Positions 30,065 through 41,112 are shown, numbered from the stretch's first letter. The stretch: 64,000 bases of DNA from an uncultured Gemmatimonadales bacterium (GCA_963850905.1 CAWKMU010000003.1:1408001-1472000); one strand, 5' to 3'. Notes: generated by a model not told the origin, from the sequence alone. Made by a program: numbers and translations.

Positions 30065-33015
30065 GTGGACCGTGTCCGTATGAGCTATCAGCCGAACGCC
30101 CGCCACGCTAGATGGCGGCGGCCGACGTCGCTCGTGCGATCGATCGCTCCGCTGCTGGCGAGCGGTCTCATCTGGATCGCCATGCCAGCCCAGGGCAAGA
30201 GCCAGGGCGTCGGCACCGATGCGGGCGACTCGTCGGGCGTGCTTGCCGGCGAGCTCAAAGGATTCGACGCTGGCGAGCCGATTGCGTACGCGACGATCGA
30301 CCTGGTCAACGTCGCCCGCGCCAGCTTCGCCGACGCGCGGGGTGCTTTTCGACTGACCCGGCTCGTCCCCGGGCAGTATCACCTGCGTGCACGTCAGATC
30401 GGATATGCGCCCCTCGATACAATCGTCCAGGTCGATCCAGGGCCGAGCGAGACAACGCTGTCCCTGCGCCTCCACAGGGTGGCGCTCAAGCTCGCGCGCG
30501 TCTCCATCGCCGGGCGCCGTGGCAAAGGATGTCTGGCGACGGGCATACCGGACTCGCTCGTCAATCCGTCGCTCGCGGGGATCTTCGGCCAGGTAAGAGA
30601 GAACGTCGATCGCCTTCGCCTGCTGCTCGACGAGTACCCGTTTCAGTTCTCCCGCGAAGAACGGCGCTTCATTCGCAGCGATCCGGGTGGGGACTCAGCG
30701 GTAGTTATTGACACGGTGGACTACGAATCACGTGCGCGTCGACCCTACAAAGTCGGGAGCGTCGTCTACGTGGACTACGACGCAGTAGGACGCCGAACAC
30801 GGATGATGTATCTGCCGACCTTCCGCGACCTCGCGGATCCGGCATTTCTCGCAGCTCACTGCTTCACTTATGGCGGCACGGAGGGTCTGGGTGGCCACGG
30901 CACGCAGGTCCTGCGCGTGGATTTCCAGCCGGCCAGCCGCATCTCGGCGCCAGATGTCGAAGGGTCGGTGTACCTCGACGCGCAGAGCTTCATCGTTCGG
31001 CGAGCGGTATTTCGTCTGACGAGGCCGGGAGCGGCCAAGCCGCCAGTCTTGGGGCTCGAGGTCACCACCTCGTTTCGCGAGCTCGTGCCGCTCGTGCCGG
31101 TCTTCGACTCGGTGGAGTCAAACCAGCAAATGCCGACTGGTTCGAGCTCGAGCGGCCAAGGCCTCGTTGGGGGGAGCACGACCGTGGTCCGGTCCGCCGT
31201 GGAGGATGACCGGCTCTTGGGCTTCACCTTCGAGCAGCGGACACCTGGCGATACCGGAAGCGCTCGATCGGCGACGGCGACACGTGTCGGGGCGACCCCG
31301 GCGACCCCGGCGGCCGTTGTCGCGAGTGCGCCTGCAACACCGGCTCCCATGTTGAGCGGGCGCGTCGTGCAGCCCGATGGGACGCCGGTCGCCGGCGCGA
31401 CCGTAGGCGTGTCCGGGATGCGTGACACCACGACGACGAGCGACAGCGGCACTTTTGTATTTGCTGGCGTGTCGCCGGGCCCACATATGCTCGCGGTGCG
31501 GCGACTCGGCTTCGATCCGACGCGCACAGCCGTCACCGTCTCCCGCGACCACGCCTCCCCGATGACGATCACCATCGTCCGCAGCGTGCGGGTGTTGCCG
31601 ACTGTGGTGACCACCGCGGAGAAACGAGGATACAAGGAGGTGGGCCTCGATCGGCGCATGAAGGCAGGCGCTGGGCAATACCTGACGTACCAGCAGATCG
31701 AACGTCGGCAGGCGACGAAACTGTCCCAGCTGTTGAACGGCATGCGCGGCATCCAGGTGCGACAGGCCCCCAAGAACTTCAATTCCACGGTTGAAGGCAC
31801 CCGCGGGGTTGGCAGTTGCGTCGGGTTCGTCATCGACGGCGTCCCACAGGCACAACTCGCCAGCACGACCATAACGGGCAGCGTCCTGGCGCCCGACGAC
31901 GCCGACAACCTGATCGACCCATCCGCAATCGCCGCGATCGAGGTGTATAGCTCGAGCGAGCGGCCGGTGGAGTTCGGGGCGGGACTCGAGGAGCGGGCGC
32001 CGACGCCACCGGGAGAAGCAGCCCCGGCGATCGACCTCAACGCTCAGCAGTGCAATTTGGTCGTGATCTGGACCAAGGCGCGGCTGGGTCTTCCAGAGGA
32101 CACGGGGCCATCGACCGCGAGCGATCGAAGTGCGGCACGCGCTCGGGCAGTGTTCCCCAATGTCACGATGTGTGAGCCCAAGCCCGCCGACGACACGATC
32201 GCGCTGGCGGTGGTCGCGGCGCTGCAGGGCGGACAAGCGCAAGAGCGGTCTGACACAGCGTGGTCGGCCTATCTGAACGGTGTGCTCGGCGCCGTGCGCA
32301 GCACGTTCGTCATGCCGACCGACCTTCCGCTCAAGGTGTTCGGTTACCCGTTCAGGGAGTCGGCCCCCGTAGTCGCATCGGCGGCCGCCGCTGCTAGCCC
32401 GGCGAGTGCAGCCGCACCCGGCTTTGCAACGGTCGTCGCCTTTTCGCTCGACTCGGCTGGGAGTGCGAGTCGTATCCGAGTGGCCGCATCGTCACTGTCA
32501 GGAGCGGTCGATACCACGATCCTCGCTGCCGTAGCCAATGCCGCCGCGGCGCACGCCTTTCCTCATCTGCCCTCGTCGCACCGCGCCGACGGGGCAATTC
32601 GCTTCGACCTCGTCGTATCGACGGGCCAAGGATCGGTTGGAGGCCATTCGGCGATTCTCGGTCATCTCTTCGCCCCAATGTGGCCTCTGCGTCGACCGGC
32701 GTCGTTGGCGGACGGTACGCAACCGGATCTTGCGACCGGCGCGGGGCCGACTCGCATCGGGACCGACAGCGTCACGCTGGAGTTTGTGGTGGACGACCAG
32801 GGCCGCGTCGCAATGTCGACGGTCCGCGCGGTCGGCCTGGCGACCGGCGGCGAGTCAGAATGCCGCCGACCGCGCGTTCCTCGGCCGCGTCGTCCACGCA
32901 TTACCGAAGCTTTCGATTCGAGCCTGCGCTCATCGGCGCGTGCCCGGTGCGACAGATGATGATTACCGGATTCTCGCTCCATGGCGCCATCGGCATCATG
33001 CCGGGAATGCGTTGA
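30065..33015 (+). pseudogene. Secreted multi-domain protein: two carboxypeptidase-regulatory-like domains, plug-like domain, TonB C-terminal-like domains. Two apparent +1 frameshifts (about 32860 and 32910)
   Basis: RQIGYAP and RRLGFDP domains; 'IDPSAIAAIEVY...C.LVVIWTK' plug-like segment. TonB-C consensus reads across three frames: LEFVVDDQGRV / DRAFLGRVVHALP / RFEPALIGACPVRQ. Confidence 0.8.
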
Positions 33016-33017
33016 GG

Positions 33018-34289
33018 CTAGGTTCTAGCAACCTCGGTTTCCCGCAGTTCCGAGAGATGACCTTTCTCGTCCGCGCTCCGGCCGAAGCGAATACCGCGCG
33101 CCTCCGGACCGAAGAGGGTGACGGCGATCCCGACGAGAATGACGATCCCCGCGAACACCCCCATCGCACCGGCGTAGCCCACTCGCGCGGCTGCCAGGTT
33201 CTCGAGGGTCGGGCTCAACGCAGCGATCAACACGCCCACCTGGTACGCGAACCCAGGGAAGAAGCCCCGCAGTTGGTCCGGCGAGAGTTCGTTGACATGC
33301 ACGGGCACGATCCCCCACGCGCCCTGCACCATGAACTGGATGAGGAAACCGCCCGCCAACAGCAACGACATCGATCGAGCGAACAGCCACAGCGGGATAC
33401 AGATCAAACCCAGCGCGAGCGCCGTGATCAGCGCCCGGCGGCGACCCAGCCGCTCCGACATCGCACCGAAAAGCACTCCGCCCAGGATCGCCCCGACTTG
33501 CGAGAACGCAGCGATGCCAGAAGTGGCCGCGACGCTGAAACCTCGATCATGTTGCAGGAACCGCGGGTACAGGTCCTGACTGCCGTGCGAGATCATGTTC
33601 ATCGCCGCGAGAAAGAGGACGACGTAGAGAAACCGTCGCCAATTGTTGATGGCTACGCGTCGGTAGGTCGCCCAATCGGTACGTGATCGGTGCCACGCCT
33701 CGGGCTCGCGGACTTTGGCGCGAATGAACAGCGTCAGCAAGGCAGGGGCGCCGCCCACGAAGAACAGCACTCGCCACCCCCAATGGGCATTGAAATGCGG
33801 ATAGATGAAGAAGTAGGCGCCGGCCGCCAGGAGGGCGCCGAGCGCGTAACCCTCCTGCAGGAAGCCAGACAGGATCCCGCGCCACCGGACTGGTACCGAC
33901 TCCATCGTGAGTGAGGCCCCGACCCCCCATTCCCCGCCCATGCCGATCCCGTAGAGAAAGCGGAGCGTGAGAAACACTGCATACGTTGGCGCGAGGCCGG
34001 AGAGTACCTCGATGAGCGCGAAGTACAGAACGTTGATGATGAGTGGTAGGCGGCGGCCAAACCGGTCGGCGAGCAGTCCGAAGATGATCGCCCCGATCCA
34101 TCGGGTCGACAGCGTCGCCGTCAACGTGAAGACGATCCGCGATACGTCCGTACCGAGGTCCTTCGCGATCGATGAGAACACGAAGGTCAAGACGAAGAAG
34201 TCGAACGCGTCGAGCGTCCAACCGAGGAAGCCCGCGATCACCGCATTCCGCGCGTCGGCGCGGGTCAGCTGGGTCGACGCAGCTGCCAT
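33018..34289 (-). CDS. MFS transporter, sialate:H+ symporter (NanT/Jen-like) family
   Basis: GWTLDAFDFF, ADRFGRR, GMGGEWGVG, SHGSQDLYP, QGAWGIVP..NEL. Confidence 0.92.
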   Translation of the reverse strand: MAAASTQLTRADARNAVIAGFLGWTLDAFDFFVLTFVFSSIAKDLGTDVSRIVFTLTATLSTRWIGAIIFGLLADRFGRRLPLIINVLYFALIEVLSGLAPTYAVFLTLRFLYGIGMGGEWGVGASLTMESVPVRWRGILSGFLQEGYALGALLAAGAYFFIYPHFNAHWGWRVLFFVGGAPALLTLFIRAKVREPEAWHRSRTDWATYRRVAINNWRRFLYVVLFLAAMNMISHGSQDLYPRFLQHDRGFSVAATSGIAAFSQVGAILGGVLFGAMSERLGRRRALITALALGLICIPLWLFARSMSLLLAGGFLIQFMVQGAWGIVPVHVNELSPDQLRGFFPGFAYQVGVLIAALSPTLENLAAARVGYAGAMGVFAGIVILVGIAVTLFGPEARGIRFGRSADEKGHLSELRETEVART

Positions 34290-34342
34290 GGGATCAGTCT
34301 GGATGGGGCGTCGACGGGCGAATTGCGAGGCACGCCTCGTCG

Positions 34343-35320
34343 CTACGGCCGCGGAATATACGGTACAAGGCCTCGAACGTTCGTCCGGAGTCGGTACACT
34401 GAGGTCTGTGCCGTGAGGTAGAGCGTACCGTAATCGGCATCGCCCCAGGCGAGATTGGCCGGCTGCTCCGGCACGACAATGGTGCCGAGGTGATGGCCCG
34501 AGGGATCCCACACCCACACCCCGCGCGGTCCCGTCACGAACAGATTGCCATCCCGATCGACCTTCATTCCATCCGGGAGGCCATCGCTCCGCGGCCCCGG
34601 CTCTTCCCCGAACAGGCGGCCGTTGCCGATGGTCCCGTTCGGGTTGAAGTCGTAGACGCGGATGTTCTGTTCCTGCGTGTCATCGACGTACAGGTGCTTC
34701 CCATCCGGTGAAAAGGCCAACCCGTTCGGCTGCACCATGTCCTTGGCCAAGAGTTGTACGCCACCGGCCGAGTCGAGTCGATAGATGCCCTGGAAGGGTG
34801 TTTCTTGTGGCTGCCCCTTGGGCAGATCGAGCGTCGGGTCGGTGAAGTACAGCGCGCGGTCAGGGCCGACAACGACGTCGTTGGGGCTATTGAATCGGTG
34901 GCCATCGTAGCGATCGGCCACGGTCGTATAACGGCCGTCGGGCGTAATGGCGATGAGCGCGCGCAGCACGCTGGCACAGTCGATCAACCGTCCACGCATG
35001 TCGAACGTGTTTCCGTCAGGGTCGCCGAGATCGATCAGTGATTCCTTCGTGCCGTCGAGCCGCACGCGAAAGATCTTGTTGATCGTCTCGTCGCTGACAT
35101 ACAGGAACCCCGCCGTGTCCCAGAGCGGTCCTTCCGTGAAGCCAAATCCCGTCGCGACCGTCGTAAGCTGGGTGTCGCGCGAGACCAGCGTCCAGAAAGC
35201 CGGCGACTCGGCCTCGAGTGCGAATGCACGGCGGGGGTGATCGGTGCTCGCAGATTGCTTATGGCAACCCGCGACGATGATGGCCAATAGAACCCAACGA
35301 CCGAAGCGAATCCGAGCCAT
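34343..35320 (-). CDS. SMP-30/gluconolactonase-family lipoprotein
   Basis: Lipobox VAG-C; FTEGPLW, NSPND, FTDP, PNGLAFSPD, PDGMKVD. Confidence 0.93.
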   Translation of the reverse strand: MARIRFGRWVLLAIIVAGCHKQSASTDHPRRAFALEAESPAFWTLVSRDTQLTTVATGFGFTEGPLWDTAGFLYVSDETINKIFRVRLDGTKESLIDLGDPDGNTFDMRGRLIDCASVLRALIAITPDGRYTTVADRYDGHRFNSPNDVVVGPDRALYFTDPTLDLPKGQPQETPFQGIYRLDSAGGVQLLAKDMVQPNGLAFSPDGKHLYVDDTQEQNIRVYDFNPNGTIGNGRLFGEEPGPRSDGLPDGMKVDRDGNLFVTGPRGVWVWDPSGHHLGTIVVPEQPANLAWGDADYGTLYLTAQTSVYRLRTNVRGLVPYIPRP

Positions 35321-35475
35321 CCCTTCTCCCTGCGAGTGGTGGAAGGTCGCACGGTGTCGCATACTGAGGCGTCCTTGTGTTCACACACCGTGTTGCGTCC
35401 CGAGCCACGTCGAGCGCGGTCGTCGGCGGGCAGACGTCATAATGCCGTCATTGGCGCAGGCTGTCTAGCGTCCGC

Positions 35476-37344
35476 GTGATCGCGCCTTTCTTATTCCCGA
35501 TCGCGGTCGGCGTGGTCGCGAGCTTGCTCGCCGCTGTGCGTGTCGTCACGTGGGTCGCAGTCGGTGGGTGGGTCGCTCGCGATGAAGACGGCCCGAACGC
35601 CGTGCCGCTCTCCATCGTCGTCGGGTCGGCGGTCACCGCCTTCTGTTATGCTATCTTCGCGCTCATCGGCCGCCTGAACCTCGCGCTTGCGGTTGACAGT
35701 GCCATCGCCGCGGTAGCGCTCCTGTGCAATCGGCAGATCGTCGCTTGCCGTCTCCGCGGCTTTTATGCGGTGGCGATCGATGCCCTACGCAGGGGGCCAT
35801 GGCGCCGAGTGATTGCGATCGGCTGGTTGGTACTCGCCTGGCTCACGGCGACGGCACCGCCTCGGGACGCCAATGTGCTGCGCTATCATCTCGCACACAT
35901 CCGACAGATCGCACTCGAAGGCCAGTGGACGAGAATCGCCGACACGGCGTACGCGTTGCCGTTCGGCTGGTCCTTCACCTATCTGCCCTTCGAGCTGCTT
36001 CACGTGAGCGTGGCTGCTCAGATGCTCAACCTGGCCATCTGGGTGGTGATCGTCGTTGCGCTGTACGCCGAGCTTCGGGACCGGGCGTCGATCCCCCTCG
36101 GCCTCCTGATGCTGGGATTGGCCTGTCAGCCAATGGTATTCAGGGCGGTCACCACCGCGCATGCCAATGTATATGTCATGTTGCTCATGCTGGTCGTCGC
36201 GCTGCTCATCGGCCAAGGGGATGCGCCGACGCCGCGGTGTGCTGCCCTCCTGGGCTTCGCCGCGTGGATCGGTGCCCAATCTCGGTATCAGGCGCTCGGG
36301 ATCGGGGCGGCAGCATCGCTGATCCTGATCGCGCTCGCGGTGAAGCGGGTAGTGTCTTCACGGACACTCGCGGCGGCTGCGGCGGGCGGCATCGTCGCCG
36401 GCGGGCTGGCGGCGCCATTCTACGTCGCGAATCTGCGGTGGTTCGGCGACCCCCTGTGGCCACTCCTGGTACACGGCAATGCCGCGTCGGCGTCGGCCAC
36501 CGAGCGCATCGCGAGCCTGTTCACGCGACGGACGACCGCGCCGTTGGAAATCGCCTGGCTGCCGCGTGGGCTGTTCCAGCTTGGCTTTGATATCACCGTG
36601 TTTCCAATCCCATGGATGGTTGCCGCAGCCCTCACCGCGGGATGGTGCTTCCCACGTACGCGGCGCATCGCCGCGTTCGTGACCTGCTACATCGTCATCT
36701 GGGCAGCGGTGTCGCCGGTCCCTTTCCCCCGATTCATCATTTTTCTCGTGCCGTTGGTGCCGCTCCTCGGCGCCGACGCACTGGCGCGGCTGGCCGCCCC
36801 CGGCAGCGTAGCCCGACGCTGCACGACCGGAGCACTCATCGCGTTCTGCGCGGTGGTCGCGATCCTCTTGCTCGGGTATAGCAGAGAATCGCTACGCTAT
36901 GCGCTGACCGGTGACCGGGCGCGATACGAGCGCGCGACATGGTTTGCGCCAGTCTTCGACTGGGCCAACGCCGCGACCTCTCCGCAGGCGCGATTCCTCG
37001 TGGTCGTGAAGTCCGGTGGCACGTATGCGCTCGACCGTCCCTACCGGCGCGCAGATCCTGAAGGCAGCGCGGAGGTCGATTGGGCCGGGCTGCCCGACGG
37101 GCAGGCACTGGTCGATCAGCTGCGCGCCGGCGGGTTCCAATACGTCATCTTCGAGGACCGCGATTGGGATCCGTACCCTGGGGGAGCGGCAATGACGCGG
37201 GTCGTCCACGATGCGGTCGCTCGCGGGCTGCTCACGGTGATCGAGACGTTTTCGCTCCGACTGGTCAATTCACGTCTACTCGGGCACTCGATACCGACCA
37301 CGGTACGCGTGTTTCACCTGCCAATGGTCGCGGGGCGGTCGTAG
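35476..37344 (+). CDS. Polytopic membrane protein, GT-C-like (DUF1420-type) putative glycosyltransferase
   Basis: Many TM helices; 'PPRDANVLRYHL', 'PFYVAN..WFGDPLWP'; soluble C-terminal domain. Confidence 0.6.
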   Translation: MIAPFLFPIAVGVVASLLAAVRVVTWVAVGGWVARDEDGPNAVPLSIVVGSAVTAFCYAIFALIGRLNLALAVDSAIAAVALLCNRQIVACRLRGFYAVAIDALRRGPWRRVIAIGWLVLAWLTATAPPRDANVLRYHLAHIRQIALEGQWTRIADTAYALPFGWSFTYLPFELLHVSVAAQMLNLAIWVVIVVALYAELRDRASIPLGLLMLGLACQPMVFRAVTTAHANVYVMLLMLVVALLIGQGDAPTPRCAALLGFAAWIGAQSRYQALGIGAAASLILIALAVKRVVSSRTLAAAAAGGIVAGGLAAPFYVANLRWFGDPLWPLLVHGNAASASATERIASLFTRRTTAPLEIAWLPRGLFQLGFDITVFPIPWMVAAALTAGWCFPRTRRIAAFVTCYIVIWAAVSPVPFPRFIIFLVPLVPLLGADALARLAAPGSVARRCTTGALIAFCAVVAILLLGYSRESLRYALTGDRARYERATWFAPVFDWANAATSPQARFLVVVKSGGTYALDRPYRRADPEGSAEVDWAGLPDGQALVDQLRAGGFQYVIFEDRDWDPYPGGAAMTRVVHDAVARGLLTVIETFSLRLVNSRLLGHSIPTTVRVFHLPMVAGRS

Positions 37345-37503
37345 AGAGGACAAGGGCCAGAGGGGACGAGGACAAGGCACTCCGCAAACGCCACGTCGGG
37401 TCACGGACTATCTCCTCACGAGGGGTAGGTGGCGGTACCATGGGCTGGAACCGGCCAGTACCTTACCCTGTCCTTCCGTATCCGCATCACTCGTATCTCT
37501 CTC

Positions 37504-37965
37504 ATGCGACCTTGGTTTCTCATCGGCATACTCGTGGTGGTCGCTGCGGGCTGTCATAGTACGACGGCGCCGTCACCCATCACGACGTGGAACTATCAGG
37601 CAAGCAACCTCTCGGCCGGGGAGGTGACCTGCACCTTCGGCGCCGCCATGAATCTGAGCGACACCACCGGGTCCTTCATGGGGGGCTATCAAAACGCATA
37701 TCTCGCCTGTAGCACCCCCGGTGGCGCCTCGAGTACGCTCGTTAGCGGGACGCTCAATGCCGGGACCATCTCGGGAACCTCGATCTCGTTCGAATTCGAG
37801 AACACGGTTGCGGCCAATTCCGGAGAAATCTCCGCGACAATGCAGTTGTTCACGAACAGTGGGTCGATCACCGAAAACACAATGCAGGGCACCGCGACCC
37901 TGCATGTGACGATCGCTGGCCAGCCATATGTGCTGACTGGCCCCTGGCAAGCGACGTTGCAGTAG
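37504..37965 (+). CDS. Hypothetical beta-rich lipoprotein
   Basis: MRPWFLIGILVVVAAG-C lipobox; Thr/Gly/Ser-rich strands. Confidence 0.75.
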   Translation: MRPWFLIGILVVVAAGCHSTTAPSPITTWNYQASNLSAGEVTCTFGAAMNLSDTTGSFMGGYQNAYLACSTPGGASSTLVSGTLNAGTISGTSISFEFENTVAANSGEISATMQLFTNSGSITENTMQGTATLHVTIAGQPYVLTGPWQATLQ

Positions 37966-37991
37966 CAGCAAACAGCCGGGATCCCGGCTCT

Positions 37992-38945
37992 TCAGCTCTT
38001 CGCTCCCCTTGCCACCAGATGCATCAACGTATGTATGGCGACTGCCCGCGTCCGGAGCGCACGCTGGAGCTCGGGAACGGTGGACGACCGAAAGCGGATG
38101 TCTTCCCCGAGCTGGCGCTGGGCGATGAGCGGGAGATCGACTGAGCCGACAACCGCGATGACCGGGTAGCCGCCGACTGTGGGCGCATCGGCCATCAGCA
38201 CGATCGGCCGCCCGCCCGCGGGCACCTGGATCGCTCCGGCGCAGAGCGGCGCGGACGCCAGCGCGGTATCGACACCGTGTTGCAGTACGTGGCCGGCGAG
38301 TCGATAGCCGGTTCGGTCGCTGCCTGCATCGATACGAAACGAGGCACTCGTCAACTGGTCCCAGCCAGTCGTCCCGAAAAGGGATGCATGAGGCCCGGGG
38401 ATCACGCGACACTCTGCACTGTCGTACCGTGGTCGGAGCGGCGCCGGCACAACAAACCCGGCCGCCGGCGCTGGTCCGACCGGTGCCGCGAGCGCGATCT
38501 GGTCGTGGGGACGGAGGAGTCGTCCCGCGAAGCCCCCGAAATGCCCAGGCAGATACGTCGCGCGACTCCCGAGGACGAGTGGGACATCGAGGCCGCCGTC
38601 CGTGGCAAGATAGGCGAACCGTCCGCTCGGAAACCGATGGACCGTCAGCGTGCTGCCGGGCTGCACGCGGTAGGTGGTATGCATTGCGGCGGGTTCGCCA
38701 TCGAGCATCGCCTCGACCGGAGCGCCAGCCAACGCGACGAATCCCGCGCGATGCCATCGCACCGTGCCGGCGCCCAATCCCCACTCGAGCGCCGCGGCGT
38801 CGGGCGGATTACCGACGAGCGCATTCGCTGTCGACAGCGCCCACGGATCCATGGCGCCGCCGGCCGGCACTCCCTGTGCGCGAAATTGTTCACGCCCAAG
38901 GTCCTGCACTATGAGGAACGGCGGCGCCGTGAGAACCTCGATCAC
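37992..38945 (-). CDS. pxpC: 5-oxoprolinase subunit C
   Basis: VQDLGR, GAMD, AN.LVGN, SDRTGYRL, GAIQVP..G.PIVLMAD.PTVGGYP. Confidence 0.93.
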   Translation of the reverse strand: MIEVLTAPPFLIVQDLGREQFRAQGVPAGGAMDPWALSTANALVGNPPDAAALEWGLGAGTVRWHRAGFVALAGAPVEAMLDGEPAAMHTTYRVQPGSTLTVHRFPSGRFAYLATDGGLDVPLVLGSRATYLPGHFGGFAGRLLRPHDQIALAAPVGPAPAAGFVVPAPLRPRYDSAECRVIPGPHASLFGTTGWDQLTSASFRIDAGSDRTGYRLAGHVLQHGVDTALASAPLCAGAIQVPAGGRPIVLMADAPTVGGYPVIAVVGSVDLPLIAQRQLGEDIRFRSSTVPELQRALRTRAVAIHTLMHLVARGAKS

Positions 38946-39634
38946 CCGCCCCTCGACGGATGCCTGTCGCTCGACTCTCGGACTGGCTCAAAGCGAACGC
39001 GATCGCCTGGCGCGAGGAGCGCGGGCGGGTCGGCGCGCGGATCGAACATCGCAACCGACGTGCGTCCGAGGAGATACCATCCACCGGGAGTGGTCAGGGG
39101 ATAGACCCCAGTCTGGGCGCCAGCGATCCCAACGCTGCCGGCGGGCACGCGCGTGCGCGGCGTGGCACGTCGCGGGAGTACGAGCTTGGGGTCGAGATCT
39201 CCGAGGTAGCCCCACCCGGGCACGAAGCCAATCAGATACACCTGGTACGACCGGTCGCTGTGGCGGGCGATGACTTCAGCCACTGTCAGCCCCGTTCGTT
39301 CGGCCACCTCGTGGAGGTCTGGCCCATCGTATGTGACCGGGATCACGTGATGGCGCGGCGTGGTGTCAGACGGGGGCGATGGCGACGGATCGTGCACGAT
39401 AGACTCCAACGCGTCCGCCACCACAGCGTAGTCCGTGTGCAAGGCGTCGTACCAAACAGTCAGGGCCGCGTATCCCACGACCACTTCGCGCACGTATGGT
39501 AGCCCGGCACACCGGATGCGGCGCGCGAGGGCTTGAACCCGTGCCGCCAGGGCCGCGTCGACTTCGTCGCCGAGTCGAATCGTTGCCGCCGTGTCACCCA
39601 TCGGCAGAATCAATGCGCGGTCCACACCCTTCAT
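38942..39634 (-). CDS. pxpB: 5-oxoprolinase subunit B
   Basis: IPVTYDGPDL, GFVPGWGYL, PRTRVPAGSVGIAG.QTGVYP..TPGGW. Confidence 0.95.
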   Translation of the reverse strand: MKGVDRALILPMGDTAATIRLGDEVDAALAARVQALARRIRCAGLPYVREVVVGYAALTVWYDALHTDYAVVADALESIVHDPSPSPPSDTTPRHHVIPVTYDGPDLHEVAERTGLTVAEVIARHSDRSYQVYLIGFVPGWGYLGDLDPKLVLPRRATPRTRVPAGSVGIAGAQTGVYPLTTPGGWYLLGRTSVAMFDPRADPPALLAPGDRVRFEPVRESSDRHPSRGG

Positions 39635-40398
39635 GTCGGCGCGAACGGCGCGACCTTGACGCCCGCGTCAGCAAGCCCACGACGAATGGCGCGCAGGAGA
39701 TCGACGGCACCCGGCGTGTCGCTGTGCACACAGATGGAATCGGGTTTCACGCTCAAGTCCTCGCCGTCGATGGACATGACGCGGCCAGTGGCCGCCATGC
39801 GCACCGCCCGTAGGACGACCGCCTCGACATCGTGCAGCACCGAGCCGGCCTGGGAACGCGGGACGAGCGAGCCGTCACGCGCGTACGCCCGGTCGGCGAA
39901 CGCTTCGGCTGCGGTCCTGAGCCCCGCCGCCCGACCGGCCGTCAGGAGATGACTGTTCGCCAACCCGAGCAAAGTGAGCTCTGGATCGGTGGCGCGGACA
40001 CCCTCGGCGATGGCATTTGCGACCGTGCGGTCGACGACGGCACGATTGTACAATGCGCCGTGTGCCTTGACGTAGAGCAGCCGCGTGCCGGCAGCGTGGC
40101 ACACCGCCTGGAGCGCTCCGATCTGATAAATCAGATAGGCCGTGATCTCCGCCGTTGTCGCCGCCAGGTCTCGCCGTCCGAAGCCGAGGAGGTCGGGGTA
40201 CCCAGGGTGCGCGCCGACCGCTACGCCATGCGTGACAGCGGTAGCAACCGTTGCGCGCATGATGAGCGGATCGCCCGCATGGAAGCCGCAGGCCACGTTC
40301 GCCGAGGTGACGAGCGCGAGGAGCTCGGCATCTTGGTCGTGGCGAAAGGCTCCGAACCCTTCGCCCAAGTCAGCGTTGAGATCGATAGAGGGGGCCAC
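39631..40398 (-). CDS. pxpA: 5-oxoprolinase subunit A (LamB/YcsF)
   Basis: IDLNADLGEGFG, SANVACGFHAGD, GAHPGYPD..GFGRR, VKAHGALYN, ICVHSDT. Start 40398 (GTG) or 40467. Confidence 0.95.
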   Translation of the reverse strand: MAPSIDLNADLGEGFGAFRHDQDAELLALVTSANVACGFHAGDPLIMRATVATAVTHGVAVGAHPGYPDLLGFGRRDLAATTAEITAYLIYQIGALQAVCHAAGTRLLYVKAHGALYNRAVVDRTVANAIAEGVRATDPELTLLGLANSHLLTAGRAAGLRTAAEAFADRAYARDGSLVPRSQAGSVLHDVEAVVLRAVRMAATGRVMSIDGEDLSVKPDSICVHSDTPGAVDLLRAIRRGLADAGVKVAPFAPT

Positions 40399-40547
40399 GA
40401 GAGCGATGAGGGGGCGGGTAGCGCGTTGACGCGCGGCTCGAGCGAGGCGAAACTGCCCGTCTATCATAGATTTGATAAAGCCCGGTCACAAGCACGCGTG
40501 GGTTCAATCGGCGCAGCTCCCCGGATTGGGTTCGGGCGAGCAATTGC

Positions 40548-41072
40548 GTGCAGCCGCTGACCCAACCTCCGGAACCCCTAACTCTTGACCCGTTGACTTC
40601 CCCAATGCCTCCAGCGGTGCCCAACCCGGCGGTTGTTGTGACGCCAGTGCTCGTGCCCCCGGAAACGGTGCCTCCGCACCTCGGCATTACGACGATCATG
40701 TCGAGCGTCACTCGGGAGGGCGAATGGGTGATGCCGCGTTTCCTTCGTGCGTTCACCGTCATGGGCGAGGCAACGATCGATCTGACACAGGTGCGGATCG
40801 CGCCAGGCACGTCCGAGATCGATGCCCGCGTGATCATGGGCGAGCTGAAGATCATCGTCCCCCACAACCTGCGTGTGGAATGCACGGGCCAACCGCTCCT
40901 TGGCAGCTTCAAGGTGACGCGCTCGGCGGTGGCCGTCCCAGTCCCTGACGCTCCGCTCGTGCGAATCACCGGCGTCGCATTCATGGGCAACGTGCTGGTC
41001 AAGGTGGTCGATCCCAACGAGCAACGTTGGATGAATCGGTTGCGGCGACGCGGGTTGCTGCCGCCTGGGTGA
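40548..41072 (+). CDS. LiaF-like / DUF1707-associated beta-solenoid domain protein
   Basis: 'R.GEW..P......VMGEATIDL...IMGELKIIVP...VRITGVAFMGNV.V'. Confidence 0.75.
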   Translation: MQPLTQPPEPLTLDPLTSPMPPAVPNPAVVVTPVLVPPETVPPHLGITTIMSSVTREGEWVMPRFLRAFTVMGEATIDLTQVRIAPGTSEIDARVIMGELKIIVPHNLRVECTGQPLLGSFKVTRSAVAVPVPDAPLVRITGVAFMGNVLVKVVDPNEQRWMNRLRRRGLLPPG

Positions 41073-41076
41073 ACAG

Positions 41077-41102
41077 ACGGGTAACGGGTAACCCGTCACC
41101 CG
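41077..41102. repeat. Minimal heptamer hairpin ACGGGTAACGGGTAACCCGTCACCCG
   Basis: Same arms as the 23010-23282 element but without the inner cassette; lies between convergent genes. Confidence 0.75.
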
Positions 41103-41112
41103 GCCGTTCGCG

